Source of the DNA: a bacterium
Lineage (GTDB): Bacteria; UBA8248
Direction of reading: 5' to 3'
NCBI GenBank assembly: GCA_965202625.1
Contig: CBDBBI010000010.1
Coordinates: 1,019,050 to 1,083,049, forward strand
Length of the DNA stretch: 64,000 bases
Position 1 is the first letter of the stretch; every line of letters begins with the position of its first letter. Below the pieces are notes generated by a model. It saw only the letters and a list, made by a program, of their open reading frames with translations. It was not told the origin of the DNA and ran no database searches. Position numbers and translations under genes: made by a program. Below, piece after piece: positions 46,259 through 55,086 of this stretch.

Positions 46259-47599
46259 ATGCAGTTGCGAACGAAGCAATGGATAGTCGCAATTTTAAGC
46301 TTGTTCTTTCTGGGTTCCCTGATCACCGTCGGTCTGATTGAGAGTGAGCGCCTCGTGCCCGAGCGGGCGAGGAAGACCGTCGTCACCGCCAAGAACGAAG
46401 GCTGCGTGAATTGCCATACGGAGAAATCGCCGGGCATCGTCGCCCAATGGCAGGACAGCCGACACGCGGAGATCGGCGTGGGCTGTCTGGACTGCCACGA
46501 AGCCCAGAAAGAGGACAAGGACGCCTGGCAGCACGAGGGCTCTCTGGTGGCCGTCATCGTATCGCCGAAGGATTGCGCAAAATGCCACGCCCAGCAGGCG
46601 GAGGAGTTCACGGCCAGCCACCACGCGAAGGCGGCGCAGTTCATCGGCAGCCTGGACAATTTTCTGGGCGTCGTGGTCGAGGGCGTGCCCGCGGCGGTGG
46701 GCGGATGCCAAAAATGCCACGGCTCCACCGTGAAGGTGCTTGCGAACGGCAGGCTCGACCCCGCCACCTGGCCCAACACGGGCATGGGGCGCATCAATCC
46801 GGACGGCAGCAACGGCGCATGTTCCGCCTGTCACGCGCGGCACCAATTCTCGCCCGCGCAATCGCGGCGTCCCGAGAACTGCGGAAAGTGCCACATGGGG
46901 CCGGACCATCCCCAAATCGAGATTTACGAGGAATCCAAGCACGGCATCGTCTTCCACGCGCGCGTGAAAGAGATGAACCTGGACAGCAAAAGCTGGGTGG
47001 TCGGCAAGGACTACACGGCGGCGCCCACCTGTGCGACGTGCCACATGAGCGCGGCGCCGAACCTGCCCACCACCCACGACGTGGGCAAGCGCATCAGCTG
47101 GACGCTGCGGCCCGTCATATCGAAGAAACTCTCCAACTGGGAGCAAAAGCGGACGGACATGAAAAAGGTGTGCGGGGCCTGCCATGGACCGGCGTTCGTC
47201 AACGCCTTCTACACGCAATACGACAACGTCATCCACCTCTACAACGAAAAGTTCGCCATTCCGGCGCAAAACATCATGAAGGAGCTCAAAAAGGAGAAGA
47301 AGCTCACCTCCACCCCGTTCGATGAGAAAATCGAGTGGACCTTCTTTGAGCTATGGCATCACGAGGGACGTCGCGCGCGGATGGGCGCGTCGATGCAGGG
47401 GCCGGACTACACGCAGTGGCACGGATTCTACGAGGTCGCCAAGCACTTCTACTTCAAGTTCCTGCCGGAGGCGGAGGAGCTGCTGCCCGGCGTGAGCGAC
47501 AAATTCGTGAAGGGCCAGCACCACGCCTGGCGCAAGGGAATGAACAAAGAGCAGATTCAGAACATGCTCGATTTCTATCAGACGCGCTACGGGCAATAG
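46259..47599 (+). CDS. membrane-anchored octahaem c-type cytochrome
   Basis: An N-terminal TM helix is followed by eight CxxCH motifs: CVNCH, CLDCH, CAKCH, CQKCH, CSACH, CGKCH, CATCH and CGACH. Confidence 0.8.
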   Translation: MQLRTKQWIVAILSLFFLGSLITVGLIESERLVPERARKTVVTAKNEGCVNCHTEKSPGIVAQWQDSRHAEIGVGCLDCHEAQKEDKDAWQHEGSLVAVIVSPKDCAKCHAQQAEEFTASHHAKAAQFIGSLDNFLGVVVEGVPAAVGGCQKCHGSTVKVLANGRLDPATWPNTGMGRINPDGSNGACSACHARHQFSPAQSRRPENCGKCHMGPDHPQIEIYEESKHGIVFHARVKEMNLDSKSWVVGKDYTAAPTCATCHMSAAPNLPTTHDVGKRISWTLRPVISKKLSNWEQKRTDMKKVCGACHGPAFVNAFYTQYDNVIHLYNEKFAIPAQNIMKELKKEKKLTSTPFDEKIEWTFFELWHHEGRRARMGASMQGPDYTQWHGFYEVAKHFYFKFLPEAEELLPGVSDKFVKGQHHAWRKGMNKEQIQNMLDFYQTRYGQ

Positions 47600-47663
47600 A
47601 AAAAGCCGAGGGGCCAGCGCAAGAGAGGGCGGTTTTGCGTCCGCCGATTTCGGAATGCGCCTC

Positions 47664-48965
47664 TCAAAGTTCGACGACGTCCATGGCGTCCGGATTGAGA
47701 ACCCGGGGGCCATTCTCCTCGACGATCACCTGGGGGCCGAACACCAGGAAAATCCTGTCCTCATGGGCGGCCTTCACCTCGACGGCGAGCGTCATGCCCG
47801 CCTGGACCTCAAAATCCTCCAAAAAACCATAGCGATCGCCCGCCAGGGCGCGCCATTCGGGGTTCTCGGCCAGGCTCCCCTCCACGAAGGCCTCGCGCCA
47901 GGGAGAATCTCTGGGAATATCGCCCGCGCATATCGTCGTCAAGGGCGGCTCGATGCCGTCGATTCCCACGCCGTGCACCTGGGGAATCTCGTGGTAATAT
48001 CCGCCCCGCAGCACCGCCTCGCTGGATGCGCGATCCACTTCGGACCATGCCGTCCCCGGCTTGAGGGCTTCGAGTGCGGCGTGGAGACTTTCCCGCACCG
48101 CCTCGCGCAGCGGCTTGTATTCCGCATCCATCCGGCCGAGCGACATGGAGGTATGCGGATGGCTCCAGTAGCCTCCATAGCGCGCGTAATAGCCGATGCA
48201 CAGCATATCTCCCGAGCGGAGAACCCTGTCCGTGGGCCTTCTGTTCACCGGATAGCCCTTGCCCGAGCAGAGGATCAGCCAGTTGTCGCGGCCCGGCTCC
48301 GCTCCCGCCCGCAGGCTCGCGTTGAAAAGCGCGGCGTATATCTCGTTCTCCCTGACGCCCGGGCGGCAGCATCCGAGCACGGTGTCTATCTCCAGGTTCA
48401 CCATCTCCGCCGCTTTTTCCATCATCGCGATCTCCTCGGGGCTCTTCACCATGCGAAGGCGCGTGAGGATGTCCGAGGCGTCCGAGAACGCGCCATCCGG
48501 CAGCAGGCGCTTGAGATTCTGATACGTCATGTAGGGAATCGCGCCCTCAGCGCCGTATCCGCCGCCGATCAACCCGACAATCCCTATGTTGCCCCGCTCG
48601 TAGCCCAGCTCCTTGACGGCGTCGGAGGCTACGACGCTCACCTTGCCCTCGTGTCCCCGGTAGCGCACCCCCTCGAAGCAGGAATCCGTGTACCACTTGC
48701 CCCAGTTTTGCAGGAGCCAGAAGGTGACGGGCGATCCCTTGCGGGGGAAGACCATGCTGCGCTCCCCATAATCCCCTCCGTCGAGCCATCGGGCGTTGCC
48801 GTTGCCGTTCATCCCGCGCCCCACGATGATGAGGCAGTCAAGCCCTCGCGCATCCATCGCGGCGCGAGTCGCGTCCCACCTTCTGTCGCGCTCCCGGGTC
48901 GAGAACGCGGCCGCGGCATCGCCCAGACGACCATCTTTCGGAAAAAACCTCGGGTCGGTCACCAT
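47664..48965 (-). CDS. M24-family metallopeptidase (Xaa-Pro aminopeptidase/creatinase-like)
   Basis: The 433-aa protein has a creatinase N-like domain and a pita-bread fold (HGVGIDGIE, EAGMTLAVE). Confidence 0.7.
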   Translation of the reverse strand: MVTDPRFFPKDGRLGDAAAAFSTRERDRRWDATRAAMDARGLDCLIIVGRGMNGNGNARWLDGGDYGERSMVFPRKGSPVTFWLLQNWGKWYTDSCFEGVRYRGHEGKVSVVASDAVKELGYERGNIGIVGLIGGGYGAEGAIPYMTYQNLKRLLPDGAFSDASDILTRLRMVKSPEEIAMMEKAAEMVNLEIDTVLGCCRPGVRENEIYAALFNASLRAGAEPGRDNWLILCSGKGYPVNRRPTDRVLRSGDMLCIGYYARYGGYWSHPHTSMSLGRMDAEYKPLREAVRESLHAALEALKPGTAWSEVDRASSEAVLRGGYYHEIPQVHGVGIDGIEPPLTTICAGDIPRDSPWREAFVEGSLAENPEWRALAGDRYGFLEDFEVQAGMTLAVEVKAAHEDRIFLVFGPQVIVEENGPRVLNPDAMDVVEL

Positions 48966-49083
48966 CTCCCATCTCCCATGTGCAAGGCGAATCCTCCGCG
49001 CGCGACTGGACGCGGAGGAGCGGAATCATTTAGCCTCGACTCTCATCTGCTCTCACTATAATAGATTCGCTGGCGTCAGAAAA

Positions 49084-50205
49084 ATGAGCGACCGAAAATT
49101 CACCTGCATTGATTGCGGTCAAAACCATCCCTTGCGCCTCCCCCGCTGGCGATGCGACTGCGGCGGGCCGCTGGAGGTGGAGGGCCCGAACATGTTCCCG
49201 CGCGATGCGCTTGCAGGGCGGCCAGCCAGCCTATGGCGCTACCGGGAGGCGCTTCCCATCGAGAGCGACGCGCACGTCGTCAGCATGGGCGAGGGCATGA
49301 CGCCGCTCATCCCCGTCGCTTTCTCCGGAATGGAAATTCTCTGCAAACTCGACTTTTTGTTCCCCACCGGCTCGTTCAAGGATCGCGGTGCCACCGCCCT
49401 CATCAGCAAACTCAAAGAATGGGGGATCACGAAAGTGCTGGTCGATTCCTCCGGAAACGCCGCCGCGGCCATCGCCGCCTACGCCGCGCGCGCCGGAATG
49501 GAATGCGAGGTCTACGCGCCCGCGTCCACCTCCGCCGCCAAGTGCGCGCAAATCACAGCCTACGGCGCGGCCCTCCGCAAAATACCCGGCCCCAGACAAG
49601 CCGCGACGGACGCTGCGGTGGCGGCGTCTGGGAAACGCTTCTACGCTTCCCATTTCTGGAACCCCTGGTTTCACCACGGAACGAAGACCTGGGCGTTCGA
49701 GGTCTGGGAACAGCGCGGCTTTCAGGCACCCGACTCCGTCGTCGTCCCCGCCGGCCATGGCTCTATGCTCATTGGCGCGCACCGGGGCTTTTCCGCGCTT
49801 CTCCGGGCCGGCTACGTCGCCAAAATGCCGAGAATCTTCGCCGCACAGGCGGCGGGCTGCGCACCGATGGTGAGAATGTGGGAGGAGAACCTGAAAGCCG
49901 TCCCCGCCCTCCGCCCGAAGGCCACGCTGGCGGAGGGCATCTCCATCGCCGCGCCGGTGCGCTGGAAGCAGATGCGCGAGGCGGTGCGCGAGAGCGGGGG
50001 CCGTTTTCTCTCGGTCGAGGATGCGCAGCTGCCCCCCATCCTCAAGGCGTTTGGCAAAAAGGGCGTCTGGATGGAGCCGACGAGTGCCGTCGCGTTCGCC
50101 GCAGCCGCCCTTTTGAGAGAGCGGGGAGAGATCGCAGCAGGGGAGACCGTCGTCGTTCCCGCGACGGGCCATGGACTGAAAGCCGCTGACAAACGAGAGA
50201 AATAA
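49084..50205 (+). CDS. threonine synthase-like PLP-dependent enzyme with N-terminal Cys4 zinc ribbon
   Basis: Trimmed to MSDRKFTCIDCG...RWRCDCGG. The PLP-lysine motif is FKDRGA, and a nucleotide-like loop GNAAAAIAAYAARAG is present. Confidence 0.7.
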   Translation: MSDRKFTCIDCGQNHPLRLPRWRCDCGGPLEVEGPNMFPRDALAGRPASLWRYREALPIESDAHVVSMGEGMTPLIPVAFSGMEILCKLDFLFPTGSFKDRGATALISKLKEWGITKVLVDSSGNAAAAIAAYAARAGMECEVYAPASTSAAKCAQITAYGAALRKIPGPRQAATDAAVAASGKRFYASHFWNPWFHHGTKTWAFEVWEQRGFQAPDSVVVPAGHGSMLIGAHRGFSALLRAGYVAKMPRIFAAQAAGCAPMVRMWEENLKAVPALRPKATLAEGISIAAPVRWKQMREAVRESGGRFLSVEDAQLPPILKAFGKKGVWMEPTSAVAFAAAALLRERGEIAAGETVVVPATGHGLKAADKREK

Positions 50206-50326
50206 CGGGTGCCTGATGGATTTTCGCCGCCTGGAGTTGAACCTGTAGATTTCTCAAACCGCAGACGCCGTTTTCTGCGCGCCGGACAGAATGGAACAGC
50301 CGACCGCACGCGAGAGGAGGTTTTTC

Positions 50327-51532
50327 ATGTACAACGCCATCGCCCCTGTTCCCGTGGATGGGGACTACATCGTTCAACTCGCACAGGAGCTGATTCGCAT
50401 ACCGGCGGAAAACCCGCCGGGAGACTGCTCCGCCATCGCCGAGCGCATTCTGGCGGAGCTCAAGGCCATCGGCGTCGAGGACGTCCGCACCCATGAATAC
50501 GAGGCGGGAATGCCGAATTTCATCATCCAGACCGGCTCCGGCGGGCCGGGCGGCCATCTCCTCATCGGCGGCCACATGGACACCGTGCCCGTTCACCCGG
50601 ACGAGGTGGAAGCCTGGGAGGTCCCTCCATTCAGCGGCGACCTGAGGGGGGGTGAAATCTGGGGCCGGGGCGCCGCCGACATGAAAGGCGCTCTGGCTTC
50701 CACCATCGGCGCGCTCAAGGCGCTCCGGGACGAGAACGTCCCCCTGGACGGCGCCCTCACCTGGGTGCTGCTCTCAGACGGGGAGAAGGGCGACTACCAC
50801 GGCGCGCAGGCGCTGACGGACAACGGCGTCCTGAAAGAGTTGGGCGGCGACATGGTGCTCTACACCGAATCGACGGGCAACAACGTCATCCGATCCTTCA
50901 AGGGGCGCGTCTTCTTCGAGGTCAAGGCGCGCGGCCGATCGGTTCACGTAAGCGTGCCGGAGAAAGGGGTCAACGCCATCGAGAAGATGGCGAAGATCAT
51001 CGGCGCCTTTCGGGCGGAGCGCATCGCACCGCCGCCGCACCCGTTTCTGGGTCCCTCCACCCTCGCCTTCTCCACCATCAAGGGAGGCTCCGCAGTCAAC
51101 GTCGTAGGCGGACGCTGCAGTGCCACTTTCGACGTGCGGATGCTGCCGGGGCAAACCTCGGCGGGCGTAAAGGAGCAGCTCGAGAACGTTCTGGCGGAAC
51201 TCGCCCAGGAGGATCCTGAATTCGACGCATCTCTCGAGATACTGCCCAGCGGGGCGCGCGAGGTCACCGAAATCGCCGAGGACGCGCCCGTCGTTCGGCT
51301 CATGGAGCGGGTCGTCCCCGCGGTGAGGGGCAGGCCGGCCGCGCATCTGCCCGGCATCGAATCTCCGGGTGCGCTCCGGCTTTTCATCGAAAACGGAATT
51401 CCGGGAATTTTCTTTGGCCCCGGCGAGTTCATATCGGAGGCGCATCTTCCGAACGAGCGCGTTCCGGCACAAAACCTCATTGACGCCGCCGGAATGTTCG
51501 CCACGGCCGCCAAGGCGCACTGCCGAAAATAA
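50327..51532 (+). CDS. M20-family peptidase (ArgE/DapE-like)
   Basis: Trimmed to MYNAIAP, which is preceded by GAGGAGG. Motifs GGHMDTVP and GAADMKG are present. Confidence 0.8.
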   Translation: MYNAIAPVPVDGDYIVQLAQELIRIPAENPPGDCSAIAERILAELKAIGVEDVRTHEYEAGMPNFIIQTGSGGPGGHLLIGGHMDTVPVHPDEVEAWEVPPFSGDLRGGEIWGRGAADMKGALASTIGALKALRDENVPLDGALTWVLLSDGEKGDYHGAQALTDNGVLKELGGDMVLYTESTGNNVIRSFKGRVFFEVKARGRSVHVSVPEKGVNAIEKMAKIIGAFRAERIAPPPHPFLGPSTLAFSTIKGGSAVNVVGGRCSATFDVRMLPGQTSAGVKEQLENVLAELAQEDPEFDASLEILPSGAREVTEIAEDAPVVRLMERVVPAVRGRPAAHLPGIESPGALRLFIENGIPGIFFGPGEFISEAHLPNERVPAQNLIDAAGMFATAAKAHCRK

Positions 51533-51599
51533 ATGCGCCGAACGACGGAGAAAAATAGCCGAGAGAGCACCGCTGCGCGCGCACCGCCTCGCCCTCGCC

Positions 51600-51977
51600 T
51601 CAATATCCCTCGTCTATCACCTCTTTGAGCTGCGTGCACCCGGCGACCAGTGCCGTCATTCCGCAGGGGGGCAGCATGCACTCGAGCGCCTCTGTCGCCT
51701 CCTCGACCGTAGCGCCGAGCTGCAAGGCCTTTTTCAGGTGGTTCTTGATGCCCTCCGTATCAGAGGGGTCGCGCGAAGCGCTCGCCACGGCGATAAAAAG
51801 CTCCTTGTATTTCTCCGGAAACGGCCCCTCCTTCTTCATGATGTGGTTCTTGAGGTTCTCGTAGTTCTCCAGAAGGTCCGGGTCCACCTCGCACAAAAGC
51901 GCATAAGCAGGATAGATAAACCCGCGAGCCGCTTTCATGCGCTCATACAGCGCCCTGCCCCGCTCGCTCATCGCCAT
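51600..51977 (-). CDS. carboxymuconolactone decarboxylase (CMD) family protein
   Basis: Trimmed to MAMSERG. The short 4-helix CMD-like protein is 126 aa. Confidence 0.6.
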   Translation of the reverse strand: MAMSERGRALYERMKAARGFIYPAYALLCEVDPDLLENYENLKNHIMKKEGPFPEKYKELFIAVASASRDPSDTEGIKNHLKKALQLGATVEEATEALECMLPPCGMTALVAGCTQLKEVIDEGY

Positions 51978-52024
51978 CGTGAATCCTCCCAAGCGCCCTC
52001 GCCCGGCGGCGCATTGCTTCCCGC

Positions 52025-52795
52025 TTACGGATACACTTCCTTCTCCAGGACGGAAGCCTCATGTCCGGGCAGAATATATTCCTCCTTCGTCGCCCGGTTG
52101 ATGCACTTCCAAATGGAATCCACCGCGTCCTTCATGCTCGACATCTGGCCGGCGGGAACGCGCCGCTTGAGGCCCTCCTGAATCTGAATCACGTCGGCGG
52201 CGATCACGTAGGTACCGACGCGCGTCTCCACGGCGACGGAACAATGCCCCGGCGTGTGGCCCGGCGTGTGGAAATAGGTGACGCCCGGCACGATCTCGAA
52301 ATTATCCGTCCAGATGGGCTCGAAGATGATGCCCTGCTGTGCGACGACCGGCCAGCGGGTGTTGGGGTGAATCGGTGCGTCATAGGGTTTGGATTGCAGC
52401 GCGACCGGACAGACGGAGTATTGCAGCTCTTCCGCCCACACGTATTTGACGGCGTTGGTGAACAGGTCGCAGTTCTGGGAATGATCCCAGTGCAGGTGCG
52501 TGAGAATCAGAATGTCCACCTCCTCGGGCTTCCAGCCGGCACCCTCGAGCCGCTTCCTCACCCCCTGTTCGGGCTCCCTGCTGGCGGGCCAGGGCGCACC
52601 ACCGCGCTCGGGGTCCAGAAAGCTCGTGTCGACCACGATTTTCACGTCTTTTCCGTCGCGATCCTTCGCCCCCTCGATCATGTAGATGAAGGAGGGAATA
52701 GCGAGCTTCGTTCCGAAATTCGTCCAATACACCATGTTGGAATAATCCGTGTGAATGGTGCCGCAGTTCAGGGGACGGATGGTGAGATCTGGCAT
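52025..52795 (-). CDS. MBL-fold metallo-hydrolase (N-acyl-homoserine-lactonase-like)
   Basis: Trimmed to MPDLTIRPLNCG. The zinc motif is LTHLHWDHSQN, with downstream HTPGHTPGH. Confidence 0.75.
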   Translation of the reverse strand: MPDLTIRPLNCGTIHTDYSNMVYWTNFGTKLAIPSFIYMIEGAKDRDGKDVKIVVDTSFLDPERGGAPWPASREPEQGVRKRLEGAGWKPEEVDILILTHLHWDHSQNCDLFTNAVKYVWAEELQYSVCPVALQSKPYDAPIHPNTRWPVVAQQGIIFEPIWTDNFEIVPGVTYFHTPGHTPGHCSVAVETRVGTYVIAADVIQIQEGLKRRVPAGQMSSMKDAVDSIWKCINRATKEEYILPGHEASVLEKEVYP

Positions 52796-52912
52796 GGAAC
52801 TATCCTTTCTGGCTTGGGTTTCGCGGCCAGAAGGCCGCAAACGAACAATGGCGGTCAATCGCCTGATAATCGCCGGCACAGGCACCGCACCGGCGATGGA
52901 ATACGCGGTTCG

Positions 52913-53512
52913 TCAGGTTCGCGCGGTTCGGGAGAAGCGCACCACCTCCCTCAGCGCATCGGGGCCTTCCGGCTCGGTCGCGTCAAGACCAAGAGCGATG
53001 TTCAGCCGATTGCTCATGTTGCGATACGCCACGGAGCCGATGATGTCCATCAGGTTCTCCTCGCTGAAGCCCACCTCGCGCAGCGCGTCCAAATCCGCCT
53101 CGCGCATCGCATAGTGATCAAGCGTGAGCTTCTCGGCGAAGGCGAGCATCGCCTTGTCCGCATCGTCGAGAACCGGAGAATTGTCCCTGTCCATTACCAC
53201 GGTCGCCACCTCCGCCATCGTGACGCCCTCGCCGCTTTCCGCACGGAAAGCCTGGCCATGGTTCATCGTTCAGCCGTAGCAGCCGCCAATCGTGGCCACG
53301 TAGTAGGAGAGGAGCTCCTCGCGCCTTCTGCCCAAAGTCGAATTGCCGCCATGCACGGCCATGTTCATCGTCTGGCGTCCGTTCAGCACCTCGGGACGGC
53401 GCGCCATAGCGAGCAGCAGACGGGGCACGGCGCCTCTTTTCTTACGTATGCCCTCGAGAATCCCTTTCGCGGGTTCTTGCGCCTCGTTCAGCCTTAAAGG
53501 GGATATCCACAT
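52913..53512 (-). CDS. AhpD-like/CMD-family peroxidase-related protein with in-frame UGA at the CxxC position (candidate selenoprotein, Cys-x-x-Sec)
   Basis: Track ORFs 53270..53512 and 52913..53266 share one frame and are separated only by a TGA (53270-53272) and one codon. The sequence reads ...IGG-C-Y-G-[TGA]-T-M-N-H-GQAF and fits the AhpD-core C-x-x-C-x-x-x-H with TGA at the second Cys. Confidence 0.6.
53234..53251 (-). promoter_or_regulatory. candidate SECIS-type hairpin 18 nt downstream of the in-frame UGA
   Basis: On the mRNA this reads GCUUUCC-GUGC-GGAAAGC, a perfect 7-bp stem with a 4-nt loop containing G and U. Confidence 0.4.
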
Positions 53513-53540
53513 TCTGTTTTCTCCTCAACGCCGATATCAT

Positions 53541-54593
53541 TCACTCGATTGTAGCCGCGCGCTCTTTCTGAAACGCGGGCATCACCTCTTTTGAAAACCT
53601 CTCCAGGGAGAGAATCGCCTCGTCCTGGGGTATGCCCCGGAGAACGAACAGCATGACGTGATTCACCTTGAACTCCGACTGGAGACGCTTGAGATCGGCA
53701 ATCACCTTCTCTGGCGGACCGATGACGCCGCCCCCCTCGATGACCTCGCGGATGTTGACGTCGTAGCTCCAGTTGCGCTTGAGGGCCTCTTTCTCCTCAA
53801 TGGACATCTCGATGGAGTTCACCGCGCTGCGGTAGGAAAGATACCAGGATTCCGAGGGCTCGATCTGCTTCCAGGCGCGCTCGGGATCGTCGCAAACGTG
53901 CACGTGGTGGGCCATGAGGGCGGGATAATCGTCCGGGTTCCCCCCGCGCTTCCTCACCGCCTCGTGAAACAAGCCCATTTTTTCCAGATACGCCTCGGGC
54001 CCCTTGAAGGTGCCCGAGGCCATGACGTTAAAACCCCTCTCTCCAGCAAAGGCATAGGTTTCGGGGCTCGTGCCGGCCAGCCAAACGGGAGGACGCGGCT
54101 TCTGAATCGGTTTGGGGAATATCTCCGCGTCAATGCAGCTGTAATGCTTTCCGCGAAAGGTGAGGCATTCTCCCTCCAGAAGGCGGGTCAGTACCTCAAT
54201 GCCCTCCTGCATCTTCTCTCTGCTGTCGGTGGGAGAGACGTCAAAGCCCTGAAACTCCTTCGGCTGGGAGCCTCGGCCTATGCCCAGCTCCAGGCGTCCG
54301 CCGCTGAGCACGTCGGCGAGAGCGGCCTGCTCGGCCAGGCGCACCGGATTGTGGAAGGGCATGATGCAGATGGCGGTGCCCACCCTGATCCTCTTCGTTC
54401 TTTGCGCGATGGCGAGGGCGACCATGAGCGCGTCCGGGCACATGCCCACGCGCGAGAAATGGTGCTCCGCCAGAAACACGGCCTCGTAGCCCAGCGCATC
54501 AGCCGCCTCGCACTGGACGATCAGCTGCTCGAACTCATGCTGATAGGTCTCGCCTTCCTGACACGCCGGAATATAGAAAAGAGAGAATTTCAT
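53541..54593 (-). CDS. LLM-class (luciferase-like) flavin/F420-dependent oxidoreductase
   Basis: The 350-aa protein has a TIM-barrel LLM signature (AVFLAEHHF..., GRLELGIGRGS). Confidence 0.8.
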   Translation of the reverse strand: MKFSLFYIPACQEGETYQHEFEQLIVQCEAADALGYEAVFLAEHHFSRVGMCPDALMVALAIAQRTKRIRVGTAICIMPFHNPVRLAEQAALADVLSGGRLELGIGRGSQPKEFQGFDVSPTDSREKMQEGIEVLTRLLEGECLTFRGKHYSCIDAEIFPKPIQKPRPPVWLAGTSPETYAFAGERGFNVMASGTFKGPEAYLEKMGLFHEAVRKRGGNPDDYPALMAHHVHVCDDPERAWKQIEPSESWYLSYRSAVNSIEMSIEEKEALKRNWSYDVNIREVIEGGGVIGPPEKVIADLKRLQSEFKVNHVMLFVLRGIPQDEAILSLERFSKEVMPAFQKERAATIE

Positions 54594-54631
54594 CTTTCAG
54601 GCCTCCAACCTCGACGTGAAAATCTGGCGGA

Positions 54632-55030
54632 TCACGCACCCATGGTGAACGCTTTTCTCACGCGTATTCGGTAGATGACGCGCACCTGGCCCGGCTGGCG
54701 GTTCGGATAGACGTCCTTGTCCAGATACTTCTTCGACAAGGCGTCGATGTGCTCCTCCGCTCCCTCCTCGCTGATCTCCACAACCTCGCCCTGAAGCCCC
54801 AGCCAGCGATAGAGATTTTCCGGATCGACGATAGCCATCGACACCCGGGAGCGGGAGCGCATGTTGACGTCCTTCAATCGACCCCTGGCGGAATTGATTC
54901 GGATGAGATCGCCCTCCGTATCGAACCAGATGGGTGAGACCTGGGGCGAGCCGTCCTTGTTCTGGGTACCCAGATACAAAAGGGCCTTGGTGTCGAGAAT
55001 GCCGATGTGCGACTGCGGTATCTGTAGCAT
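54632..55030 (-). CDS. PPOX-class (pyridoxamine-5'-phosphate-oxidase-like) F420/FMN-binding protein
   Basis: Trimmed to MLQIPQSHIGILDTKALLYLGTQNKDGSPQVSPIWF, a typical PPOX split-barrel N-terminus. Confidence 0.7.
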   Translation of the reverse strand: MLQIPQSHIGILDTKALLYLGTQNKDGSPQVSPIWFDTEGDLIRINSARGRLKDVNMRSRSRVSMAIVDPENLYRWLGLQGEVVEISEEGAEEHIDALSKKYLDKDVYPNRQPGQVRVIYRIRVRKAFTMGA

Positions 55031-55086
55031 CTGCGGGTTCCTTGTATGAGAAAAAACGGTTGATGACGCGAAGAAGAAAGGCGCGC

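Noticed and set aside
47655-49061. 468-aa plus-strand ORF overlapping the M24 peptidase gene
   Set aside because: It is antisense to the M24 gene and its composition is biased. The threonine-synthase-like gene begins only at the ATG at 49084.
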